Positions 1-11,130 of a DNA stretch of 64,000 bases are shown here, piece after piece. Source of the DNA: Vitrella brassicaformis CCMP3155 (taxonomy: Eukaryota > Protista > Chromerida); contig CDMY01001036.1 in the NCBI GenBank assembly GCA_001179505.1, positions 1-64,000 on the forward strand, in the 5' to 3' direction. The notes beneath the pieces are model-generated. The model saw only the letters and a list, made by a program, of their open reading frames with translations, was not told the origin of the DNA and searched no databases. Made by a program: the position numbers and the translations under genes. Each line of letters opens with the position of its first letter. Positions within the stretch are counted from its first letter, which is position 1.

Positions 1-2418
1 CATTCTCATCTCTGCTTGTCTGTGTCCTTGTGTGTGTGTGGTGCAGTGACGTTCCTCGCCAACCTCTCCCTCGTCCCCCAGCACACGTGCTGGAAGTGTC
101 CTGCCGACCTCCTGTCCATCGCCATCGAGGGCATCGAGGCCTTCCGTGCACGATGCCAAGAGCATCACAAGAGGACGCGGGATGACCGTATCAAGCGCAA
201 GTCACGCAAGAAGCAGCGCAAGCAGGTCCTCAAGGACAAGGCGGCTGAGCTCAAGGTTCGTTGTCAACACAACTACTGATGGACCTTATCTGGAATGACT
301 CTTCGTGTTGTGTGTGTGTGTGTAGGAGGCCTGCGGCGACGACAAGGAGGCATTCGAGGCCAAGTGGAAGGAGTACCAGGCGGAGAACAAGGCCCTGGTC
401 GAGGAGAGGGTGGCAGGCGAGCAAGAGGCGGCGAAGCAGACGCGCGTTGCCAAGCGTGCGGCTGAGAAGGAGCGGCTGAAGGAGAGCCTCGACAAGGACG
501 ACCACACTCGCCAGCTGCTCGACACGGTGGCCAAGATGTTCGCTGAGCAGCTGGGAAAGGACCTGGAGGCGATGAAGCAGAAGAAGACGGTCAACTACGC
601 TGCGGTAAGACAACACAGCACACCACCAACCCCCTTGCACCGAGGCCCCCCTTCACTCCTGTCATGCTATGCTTGTGCGCTGTCTGTCTGTCTGTCTGTC
701 TGTGCAGAAGTGGGCTCCCTCCCTCAATGGGTATCACGACAACATCACCCAGCTGGCCGGCGCCATCGCAGCCGAGCTCTACGCAGACCGCACCGACCTG
801 ACGCCCCAGCAGAAGAAGGACCTCTACCGCAAGGAGTTCCTCAGCCCCCTGCGGGCCTACACCGACGTCCCTGAGGTCTTCATGTCGGCCAACAAGTGGG
901 ATCAACTGCCCTACGAGCGTGTGCCGTCCCGCTGTATGAAGCTGAACAAGAAGGCGTTCGTCAAGCACGACGGTGAGCGGTTCGCGGCCTTCCTCGAGAA
1001 GGTCGTCAAGGGCGAGAAGAAGATCGCGGCCGGTGCAGTGTTGCCTCACGAGCTGCTCAAGCCCTTCATGAACACCTACTTCAGCCGCCAGGAGGACAAC
1101 CAGTCGGAGGCCGAGAAGCAGACCAACGAGTTGCAGTGGAACAGATTGGTGGCCGACCTCATGGCCAAGGGCGGCGGCTGCCCCCTCAAGAACAACGTGG
1201 CCGTCTGTGACGTCTCGGGGTCGATGACCGGCGAGCCCATGGAGGTCGCCATCGCACTGTAAGCCACCACACACACAGACGACAAGACACAATGCATCAT
1301 GCTCATCAAGTGTGTGTCTTTCCTCTGTGTCTGTCTGTCTCTGGTCGATTGATCAGGTCGCTGATCACTGCCCAAGTCAGTGATGAGCCCTGGGGCAACA
1401 CCATCATCACCTTCAGCCAGAGACCCACGTTCTTCTCCATCGACCCACAGCAGACGCTCGAGCAGAAGGTGCAGGCCATCCAGCGCATGGAGTGGGGCAT
1501 GAACACCGACCTGCAGGCCGTCTTCGACCAGATACTCGCCAGGGCCAAGGAGTTCAGCGTCCAGCCGGACGACATGCCGCAGCAGCTCTTCATCTTCTCC
1601 GACATGGAGTTCGACTGCGCCACCGGTCAGAGTCACGGCCGCAAGAAGACCGACTTCAACCTCATCCAGGACAAGTACGCCGAGGCGGGATACCCCATGC
1701 CGCACATCATCTTCTGTAAGCCCTCCCCTCCCCCCGTCAAACACACACACGACGCCCTTTATCATCCCCTGGCGCTCTCTCTCTCTCTGTCTGTGTGTGC
1801 AGGGAATTTGCGTGCGAGCGGGAGCAAGCCCACTGTGGCGTGCGAGGAGGGCGTGGCGCTGCTTAGCGGCTTCAGCAGCAACCTGCTGACGGCCTTCATG
1901 AGCGGCGAGCTGGAGCAGTTCACGCCTCAGTCAGTCATGATGGACATGCTCAACAAGGACACCTACAACGGCCTCAAGGTCATCGACTAACTCAAGAGGG
2001 CTGGGAGGGCTGGGTGAGAGGGGAGGGAGGGGACATTGCATGTGTGTGTGACATGAGCGGCGTGGGGGACCCAATGACCAGTGAGTGGCCCTCGCGCGTT
2101 TTTCCCGTCAAGTCAAGTGCATTGGTGTGCGCCGTGCCCACGAATTGGGGACGTGACCGACACAGACAGCACAGAGGGAGAGTGGCTGTGGGTTTGTGGG
2201 TGGGTGGGGAAGGGCATAGTGTTGCTACGTAGGTTGTTTGTCCGAGTGTGTGTGTATGCGTGTGTATATGTGAGTGAGTGCTGGGCTGCCCGTCTGCAGG
2301 TGTGACTGTCTGTAACTGAATGCATCCCTAGGTCCGTCAGTCAGTCAGGTGTGAATGTGTCAAGGAAGGTCTGTCTGTGGTGTTGTGTGTGGTTCGTATG
2401 GCCTGCCTATGTAATTTT
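1..2418 (+). repeat. Left arm of a large inverted duplication (partner 13097-15491)
   Basis: Position 1 (cattctcatctctgcttgtc) is the reverse complement of about 15472-15491. Similarity continues through exons, introns and about 430 bp past the stop codon to gcctgcctatgta (about 2400-2413 vs 13103-13115). Confidence 0.95.
47..1990 (+). CDS. DUF2828-type (TROVE-like + vWA) protein, left copy; 5' end lies upstream of the window
   Basis: Exons about 47-255, 326-604, 708-1259, 1358-1715 and 1802-1990 join at GT-AG sites. Motifs: KWAPS, PYERVPSRCM, VCDVSGSMTGEPMEVAIAL (vWA MIDAS-like DxSGS), WGMNTDLQAVFD, LFIFSDMEFD, IIFxNLR, LLSGFS. Confidence 0.85.
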
Positions 2419-2485
2419 GTGTCAATTACTGATGTGATCGATGACTGACTGACTGACTGACATACTGACACCTATGCCAGCCAGG

Positions 2486-2653
2486 TGTGCATGTGTGTAC
2501 CAGCTGGACATGATGAATGACTGATGAATGAATGAATGCAATGTGAGTACGTCAATGTCCCTCTTATGACAGCCCTCGCACACACACACACAGACAGACA
2601 GACAAGGCCCTGCCGACATGGATGCACTCCGCCGTCTTGACCACCGGACATTT
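2486..2653 (+). repeat. Diverged direct repeat, copy 1 (copy 2 at about 6105-6293)
   Basis: Shared blocks gtgcat..gtac.cagctggacat.gatgaat.actga(tgaa)n..tgc and ccctgcc(c)gacatggatgc(a/g)ctccgccgtcttga...ggacatt. Confidence 0.7.
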
Positions 2654-3412
2654 CTTCTTCGGCCTCCTCCTTCGTGCCTCACTTGCTATATGTCGTCGGT
2701 CTTTGTAGGCCGCAGCAGCTTACAGCATTTGCTACGCAGCTACCTCTTCGGCATACCATAGCAACTCTAACATACATGGTCAAAACGCTGCCTACCTGCC
2801 TGTACGTCTGCGTGAGGCCCTAGCCATCACACACACGCAGCCAGGCCAAAGACAGGCAGCCACGCTAGTTGAGGGATGTCTGTTTTGGTGTGGGCTGGGC
2901 TGTTAGGCAGGGAGGCAGGGAGGGAGGGAGGGAGGGAGGAAAGCACGTGTCCGCACGCTTGTTTGGTGACTCCGTGAAGTCGTGAACGTGTTAATGAATG
3001 TGTGTCATGTCGCTCGCTGTATTTGTCGCTTAATGAAGATGTCTGACTCGTATGAACCTAACGCTGTGGAGGTGAGTGAGTGATGCTATCTATTCATCAA
3101 TCATCCATTGCCCAATAAAACGTCCATTACCACGCAAGCGCAAGGCATGCATGCCCCCAACAAGACATGACATATAGTGCGTCGGTTTCCTTCCATGCAG
3201 GCAGACTGGGAGATAAAGGTCTTCATACACCCTGACTGTACATCTATCTACACACCACACATGAAGAAGAATGGATGGATAAAAGAGCGAATCGATCAGG
3301 GCAGAGGCATTGTGTCCCCCTCCGCCGTCACACGTCGAGCTTTCGAAACACCACAGTGCTCCTCTCCCGTTCATCCGTCTGGCAGGCAGGCCTCAGAACC
3401 ATCACCGCTCAC

Positions 3413-5939
3413 TCAGCCGCTGCCAGTCGACTTGCCACCTGAAGCCTGAAACGAGTTGCCTTCATTCATCTGTGTGTGCCAGGCTTCCTCCCGCTGCGCC
3501 CCCCTTTGTCTAATCCAGATAGATATCTGCCTGACCTGCTGCAGCGCGTAGACCTCCATATCCGCACACGTGAGCAAGCGAGCAGCAGCCAAAGTCGCCC
3601 ATCGGTCGTCGGTGAAGCTGCCCACATCCACATATGTCTTGCCGGCGGGCAGCTCGGCCCTCCGCACATACTGATAGCAGCATCGCAGGTCGCCGGCCGG
3701 ACGGCCATCCTGCCCCCCAAACCCCAGCCACAGGCGGCCGTGACCGATGCACACATTGCCGACATTAATGCCGTTGGCGGCCTTGATCGCCCCTTGTGTG
3801 CCGGCGACCTCCACCCGCCGGTGGATGTGCGGCACTGTTATCTCGACGATGCCCCCATCCTCAGCAAATGCGCCAGACACCGAGTACAAGGCAACAGGGC
3901 AGCGAGTCGTCTGCACTCCAGCGGCGTCAGCCGGCTGCTTGAGCGTTCCGTTGATGTGACAGGCGATGACGTGGTTAGCAACGTCCTTGATGACCAGCAG
4001 CAGATTGCTCGCTGTGCCCACCTTGGCCACCATGGTGGGGTACATCCAGCCGTCACGCTCACCCCTGAGACACACACACACGCAAAAGGGAGAAAGAGAG
4101 CGAATCAGTGAGTCGGCCGTCTGTCAGTGGTTTATCCCCACTTGTAGAGCGGCCGCCCCGTGGCAGTAGTATTGCCCGTCATGTTGATGAGCTCCTGCAG
4201 CTGAGCACCAGACAGAATGGGGTCGGCTGCGCGAGTGGTCCACACCTGCACCCAGACAGCCACACAGATACCAAACAGACACATCTCACACACACATTCA
4301 CGTCAGCCCCTCCCGTTGATGTCTGTTCAGACTGACCTGGTACACCTCCAGCCGCTGAGCAGTGAAGGTCTGGCTGCCGGCCAAGGTGGCGTCTCCGTCG
4401 TCGGTGAAGCTGCCCACGTATGTCTTGCCGGTGGGCAGGTCGTCTTTGTTCACCCACTGCCTGCAGCTGCGAATGTCGTCGATTGGACGACCATCCTGCC
4501 CCCAACCCAGCCACAGGCGGCCACCACCAATTGCGACGTAGCCGCCACCGCCCCTTTCACACTTAACCACCCCCTCTGCACCGGTGATCGTCATGTACTG
4601 CCGGTCGTGTGGCACTGCGATTTTGACGATGCCGTCGTCCTCGCTAAACGCACCAGTGATGGAGTAGAAGGTAATGACGCGGCCGGTGAAGACCTCTGCT
4701 GTGGGGTCGGTTGGGGCGATGAGGGGCCCATCAATGTGGCACGCGAAGGCGTGAGGCCGGTCCTCACTAGTCTCACACTCGGGCTGGATGACGAACAGCA
4801 GCCCGCCGTCCGCACCTCCCACCTGCTTGAATAGAGCCTCGTGGTGGGACCCGCCGTGCATAAAATCCCTGACGCACGCAGACACACAGAAGGGAGGGAG
4901 GTTGCCTGTTGTGTGTTCTCATTCTCTCTCCGCTGTGAGGGCTCACCTGAAAAGGCAGCGTATGTGGCTGTGTGATTTGCCGATCATGGAGAGGTACACC
5001 AGCTCCATGAGGTCGTACATCTCGAGTGTCCTCAGCAGCTGCGGCCAGTCGTCGGTGATGGGGAGGGGCGGGACGGCATCGGGCGACAGCCGACGGCGGC
5101 GAACGAAATCCACCACCCTGAAAGAGAACCAAACCAGACCACGTACAGATGTCAAGGGTCGGCCTCACTAGCGTTGCCTTACTTGTCGAAGGTGGTCGTC
5201 GGCACCTGAGTGACGGGCGCCGCATACCTATGGGAGGGAGCGGCAAATCCAGTGATTACTGCGCCATGTCAGTTCTCCTTCTCTGCATGCCATGCCCCAC
5301 TTGGTGAACCGGTCGTTGAATGTCCTGTGGTCGTCCAGCGTGGCGTCGGTGGTGGCCTCGGTGGTGCCATTCACACACACGCTCAGCACCTCACAGCCGC
5401 CCTGCCCACCCGCCGATGACTTGATGAACCCCCCGATGGCCTCCATGAAGCTGTGGAAGGCCTCACTGTCTTCATCTCCCTCATGCGCTTCGATGGTGAG
5501 TGCCGTCTTGGCCATGAATCGTTCGTGGTAGAAGGCGAAGGCGCTGCAGCCAGCATGGATCTCCGCCACGTCGATGTGATTGGTTATCAGGTAACGAAGC
5601 TTCCGAGCCAGCCTTATTCCACACAGACACACACACAGACAGGGAGCACTTAGCACTGATACATACATCGCTGCACATGCATGTTGATCTCTCTCACCAG
5701 ATGAAGTAGAAGGGGTCTGCGTCGATGAAAGTGGCGCCGTCGGTGTCCTTGAGCAGCCACTCATCGAAGCGGTGCAGCAGCACCGCCAGGCGTGTGTCCT
5801 TGAGGCCATCGCGGAGAAGCACTTCACGAGGGAACGGCCTGACGCAGCCGCCAACGTTGAGCTCGAATGGCTTGTCTGCTTGTTTGCTTCTGCTGTTTGC
5901 CGCGCTCGTGGCGGTGACGAACGACATATTAGCGGTCAT
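3413..5939 (-). CDS. BTB/POZ (KCTD T1-like) protein with two tandem TLDc-like domains
   Basis: N-terminal FELNVGG...DT.LA.LL...L.KD.DG..FIDADP.YF matches T1-type BTB. It is followed by a second BTB-like segment and two homologous C-terminal domains (FACHIDG...YSITGAF...IGGGRLWLG...GSFTDDG.ATLAG...LEVYQ, and IACHING...YSVSGAF...IGHGRLWLG...GSFTDDRWATLAA...MEVYA). The spliced junction LYK/GERDG resembles the TLDc LYRxSRDG motif. Confidence 0.75.
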
Positions 5940-6104
5940 CCTGATAGAGATCTGACTGATTGATGACAGCTAATGACAGCCGGTCGGTGCTTGTCTGTAC
6001 TTTGTCTGTCAAGGCTGAGTTGCTCTGCTTCTCTGTCTTCGGGGCGGATCGGGAGAGATGTCGAAGCTCGCAAAGCGACAAAACGTGCAATGGCAGGGGA
6101 GGGG

Positions 6105-6293
6105 GGTGCATATGTACGCAGCTGGACATCTGATGAATTACTGAATGAATGAATGAATGAATGCGATATGAGTCAGTGAATGGCCACACAGACACATACT
6201 CTGACGCTCCTCCCTCCCTCCCTCCCTACAGACCGAGCCGCACCCCTGCCCGACATGGATGCGCTCCGCCGTCTTGAGGCGTCACTGGACATT
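6105..6293 (+). repeat. Diverged direct repeat, copy 2 (copy 1 at about 2486-2653)
   Basis: Same blocks as 2486-2653; encodes the fragment PLPDMDALRRLEASL. Confidence 0.7.
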
Positions 6294-6619
6294 CACGACA
6301 GATACGCACGTCCCAACAAGACAACAAGAGGAGCATGTGTGTGTGTTTGTGTGTGTGTGTGTGTCAAGGAACCGTCCATCACCCACTCAAACAAGACCAT
6401 GTGTGTGCACGGACTGACATTTCATCGCATATCTGTGTCATGTATGTCAAATAGCGACGGCAACGGCCTACAGGTATTCACGACTTATTCACAACTCGCC
6501 ATGCACACAACGGACGAAGAAATCACTATTAACACCCCACTATGAATCAGTGTGTGTCGACCAGTCGTTGGAACTACCGTCGCACACGAAGCCGCATCTC
6601 CACCCAGAGATGTACCCCT

Positions 6620-7330
6620 CTACTTCTCGTGGCTGTCCGGGGAGGATTGGTGTCTGAGAGGACGTCTGGCATGATCAGTATCTTCTGTGTCGGCTGGCTT
6701 GGACTCGTCGGGCTTCTCGCTGGGGAAGACCCCTGATGGTCACACACACCACACACACACATTTGCATATGTCCGTGGCATTGTCGTGTGCAACGTACGT
6801 ACGTACACTTTGATGGTGCCACCAGTCGCTTCACGATGAATGGATCATCCTTCTTCTTCCCCCTACGCGCACACACACGAGCACGCAGACGCACGCAGAC
6901 TCTCGGACGCATACTCACGCTCCCTCCCTCCCTCCCTCCCTCCCTCGTCTGCGTACTCGTTGGCAAACTCTTGTTCGATGAGCTCAGTGGCCGACGCGCC
7001 CTCGTGGCCAATGAAGGTGACATCATCTGGGCTGTTGGCACCCTGCATGAGGCCTCCTTCATAGAGCACCCTCTGCATATCACCAACGCTGCGGAAACTG
7101 CCCGCCTTGATCCACTTGGTCATGTCGAAGCAGAGGGCACCGGTGTTGTGGTCGCCATACCTGAACTGGAAGTAGCGAACGTTGGCCGGGTCGACATGCA
7201 CCTGTCTGGTTTCCCTTCCAGTCATATCGCTCCTGAGGGGAAACCGCTCTGGCGTCAAGCCCTTGATGGTGGACACCGACGAGAGATGAAGCGAAACGGC
7301 AGGGTAAACCGACGCGCGTAGATGCTTCTG
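6620..7330 (-). CDS. Hypothetical protein, at least 3 exons; start not resolved
   Basis: Non-repetitive ORF (STIKGLTPERFPL...IEQEFANE). Donor GA|GTACGC joins in frame to GKKKDDPFIVKRLVAPSK, and a GTACGT donor joins to WVFPSEKPDES...HEK*. Confidence 0.5.
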
Positions 7331-7715
7331 GAGTGGTGGACGTCAGGGCTGAGAGGGCTGCCAGCCTGCCATTGACTACTCTCCGGCGGATCTGCCCATG
7401 CCCATCCGAGAGGTCGCACCGTCCCTGGCCTCCGATCCTGTTTGCGAGCTCGGCTCGCCAGAACCGTTTTACGTGTCCCAATCCCCCTCGCTTTCCGCGT
7501 GCAAAATCCCTCTCCTATCAGCGCCTGCAGAGCTTTCGTGTCGTCCCCTGTTGGCTTTCGTCTTCTGATAATATCGCTCCCAGTAATGTTTATGTTCGGC
7601 AGCTCATCGTCGCCTACCACCACGGCATGCGGTCCCCTCCCGCCCCATGCGCCGCACTGCCGTGCGTCACGGCCAGCAGCCCAACTCGAGCCGCAGTTAC
7701 GCACGCCGCACAGGC

Positions 7716-8222
7716 ATGAGAGCCGCGGCGAGTGCATCGTCAAACAGCGGCATCCCCACCACCAACAGCGCCAGCACGCCCACCACTGCCGCCAGTCCAC
7801 CAGAGGCGCCTAGCAGCCCCGCCGCACCCATCGCCCGGACTCCCGAGCGCCCCGGCACTCCCGAGCCGCGGACACCCGAGGCGCCTCGCCGAAGGCGGCC
7901 TCTCCTCGAGTGTGTGGAGAGCGATGACGAGTCGGATAATGGGGAGGGGGGTGGGAGTGGGGAGCCGCCGAGGAAGCGGCTGAGGGTGTTGTGCGACATC
8001 GTAGAGGGGAGTTTGGTGGCCTGCGTGCATGCGGACGGCGGCTTCGCCCTCATCGAGGAGGAGTGGTGCGGCTTCCAAGATGTCCTGATGTTCCCTGAGG
8101 ACGTGTCTGAGTGGGGGGTGGTGGGCGGGACGGTGCTCGATGAGGAGGGGTATGTGGTGCGGCTGCCCGAGGCCACCCTCAGCCACATGAGGGACCTCTA
8201 CGGCACCGCCATGACGACGTGA
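7716..8222 (+). CDS. Intronless hypothetical protein, 168 aa, with Pro/Ser-rich N-terminus, acidic patch, putative NLS (PPRKRLR) and a short globular C-terminus
   Basis: ATG at 7716 in the frame of track ORF 7647-8222; GC3-rich coding-like composition. Confidence 0.55.
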   Translation: MRAAASASSNSGIPTTNSASTPTTAASPPEAPSSPAAPIARTPERPGTPEPRTPEAPRRRRPLLECVESDDESDNGEGGGSGEPPRKRLRVLCDIVEGSLVACVHADGGFALIEEEWCGFQDVLMFPEDVSEWGVVGGTVLDEEGYVVRLPEATLSHMRDLYGTAMTT

Positions 8223-9349
8223 GTCGACACCGAACGCCGACCGAACACATTGATAGTAAGCACACAGACACAGAGAGAGGGAGGGAGGGTGGGAGGCCAT
8301 GGGAGGGGTGCATTCACCTACTTATTGTGTGTGTGTGTGTGTGTGTGTGGTCGATGTGGGTGCAGGTGCGTTGCACAAGTTCGGTCGGTGGGCGGTGTCG
8401 TCACGTCAGAGTTTGGAGTGACTAGTGGTATTCTGCTGGAGCGAGAGAGCGAGTCGGTCGAGGACATGCCGGCCGCCGAGTGTGTGGCAAGGAAGACACG
8501 ATCATAGAGAAACACACAGACAGACCACTGCAGACAGAGATGGCGTCTGCATCCGCCTATGAGAGAACCCCACACGACGACTGTCCGCCGCGTGTACTGT
8601 CTTGTGGCTGGCTGGATGGCTGTCTGTATTTTTTGTCCACCGTGGGTGGCCTGTCTGTCTGTCTGTCTGTCTGTTGTCATTTGTGGAGTGTACTGCAGTG
8701 CGTCCATCGCACGTTTGGACTGTCCTGCATCCGTTTGTTCTGGCTGGCTGTTTGGCTGCAATGATGACTGACTGCCGGCTGGTGCTGATGAGGTTTGTGT
8801 GTGGCGGCAGAGGGCGAGTGTCGCTGCCGTGGATGCGTAGCGGTGTGTGCATCCCATTTGTGTGTGTGGGTGTGGTCTGGCTGGCGTGGGTCTGTTGTGT
8901 TGTGTTGTGTTGTGTTGTGTGAGAAGGGCCTCGTGTACCATAAGATAATGCGTGCTGCGTAGGTCTGGCCACCGCAAAAAAAAGACAAGAAAAGGAGGGG
9001 CCCATGGCCAGCTGTCTGGCCGTGGTGCCCTTCGAAAAGCTTTGTGTGATGACTGCATGCATGTGTCCCTTTCCCCCTTCAAAGCCTGGCTGATGACGGC
9101 TCTGCCCCTCACACTCACACGTGTCCCCATGGCTGGTGGGTGGGTTTCGTTTTCGCCGTCTGTCCCTCTCATTTCGTTTGCCTGGCCTGTGTGTGTGCAT
9201 CATTGCATTCTTTAGTCATTTTTACTGTCATTTCTGACGTCATTTGGCAGCTAGGGTGCTGGGTCGGGTGCTCTCGGGCTGCCGAGCGGCCAGATCCAAT
9301 AAGGTGGGAGTGTCTTTCTGAGGGCGTCAGCCACCTGTGTGTGTGTCGG

Positions 9350-11130
9350 GGTGAACAGAGAGGACAGCGAATGCCCCCAGAAGAAGGCAAAAAGAGAGCT
9401 CATTAGAAAGCACAGAGAGAGAGAGAGGTCCGGCAGAGGGCCGCCTACAAGAGACGAGCAAAGGCAACAGGCAGTCCACCGAGCCAGCAGGTCAGTCAGC
9501 ACCTCACACCACAGCTAGCACTCCAAAGCTGAATGAGTATCTGTGTGTCTGTGTGTGTGGTTCGTGTGTGCTTCAGGTTGGTTGACTTTGCAGCGCTGAC
9601 TGACCCACATCTCTCGCCGTATCAGGCAGCGGCAGCCCCGCCGCACTGCAGCAGCCTCGCCCTCGCCCTCAAGCACGGGCATGAGCAGCACGCCGAGAAC
9701 AAGGAGAGAGGAGGACATCCTGGGGGCCGTCCTTAACAGACAGATGCGTGTGGCTCCTCATACAACATCTGCCGTTGGTTCGTCTGTCCGTCTCGCCTCG
9801 CACCCCAGCAACAAACCGGCACATGGGCGGGCGGCACTCATCATCTCTAGCGGCTACCTGCGCTCGGCATCGGCTGCCGAGCAGGCCCTCTCCCTCACCC
9901 ACTGGCAGCCGCCCAACGAACGTGCCAGGAGGCGCCTCGCCCACCAACAACGGCAGCTGACACCCGCCGGACGCTTTCCAACAAGCCATCGTTGTCGACT
10001 GTCCACAGGGTGATTGGCTCGCATCGCATCGCAAGGCAGGCGGCTCGTGAGGAATGTCGACCGAAGAGGGTGTTTTCGGCGCTGGAGCGGGGCGACACGG
10101 TCGGCCACTCCGCCCGGTCGGGGCCGATTGACGAGGAGGGGGCGGGGCATGGCATGCTGACGGGGCGTGGTACTGTACGGCCAGAGTGGGGCTGGGCTGC
10201 TGTGTCGCGCGACGAGACGATGCTGTGCCCATCGACGAGGCCCCTGTCTCAGACCTACTTGGACACTTCCTCGGTAAGCCAGCCACCCAAACACACCAAC
10301 CAACCGACACAAAGAGGTGACGTGACTTGATCCTGAATTCCCTTCAGGCTTTTTGTGCCAGGGTCATGACGTGAAGGTGGCCGAGGATGCCCTCCGCATC
10401 GAGCACCTGAGCTCACTCTTCCATTACACCACACTCAGGAGCCTTCGCGCCCTCCTGCTGGCCGGCCTCTGTGCGCCGCGCCGGCCCGCGTGGCGCCACC
10501 TACCAGCCCGACAGTGGCAAGGGCGGGCAAGGCACCCGCTCATTCCCGGAGAGGTGGTCCTCCGACGACCTGGAGCCGCAGGGCATGCAGCTCCCCCACT
10601 CTTGGTCTTTGCCCTACTCGGATTTCGCACACCAACCTTCGTGTGCTTGCTCTGCTGCTCCGGCTGTGGCCGCGTATTCTGTGGCGGTGCGACCCTGGAG
10701 CGGCACTCCCGCCGTCAGGCTTCCCCCCTCCCATCATCCACCATCGGCACTGCCGTCCCAGCGCCGTTTCCCTCGATCCACCCCTCTGCGCCACTGGCCC
10801 CCGCTGCACTGCACACCATCGGCAGGCTCTGATGCTGCCCTTCGTGCGTCGCTCAGAAGGTACATGAGGGAGCACTGGAGGCACCAGGCAATACCCACCG
10901 GTGGGCTTACGTGTGTGTCTCGTGTGTGTGCCTTGGCAGGTGGGCCATGTCAGTCAGTCGTCCGAGCCAGCCCACGATGGGCGGGGGAAGGCCGCTTCGG
11001 CCGTATCCCGTCCATCACGGATGGCTCAGGCGACGTGTGTGGTGTGGGAGGGAGGCGTAGTCGTATCGACGATCGTCTCGCCCACCCACACACACACATG
11101 CCCGCCCTTTGGTTGCCGAGAGTCGTGTGA
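9350..11130 (+). pseudogene. Probable decayed multi-exon gene
   Basis: Exon-like blocks bounded by GT/AG and microsatellite introns (about 9577-10273, 10349-10900, 10940-11130). The protein-like reading switches frame several times, near 9700, 10130 and 10560-10830. Confidence 0.35.

Noticed and set aside
10400-10460. LFHYTTLRSLRALLLAGL resembling the first strand of ADP-ribosyltransferase folds (PARP/DarT/Tpt1)
   Set aside because: No recognisable downstream Y/S or E motifs, and the region is frameshifted; one short motif is not enough.
10640-10715. C2H2 zinc finger (CSGCGRVFCGGATLERH)
   Set aside because: The fourth ligand is missing (SRRQ follows) and the context is degraded.
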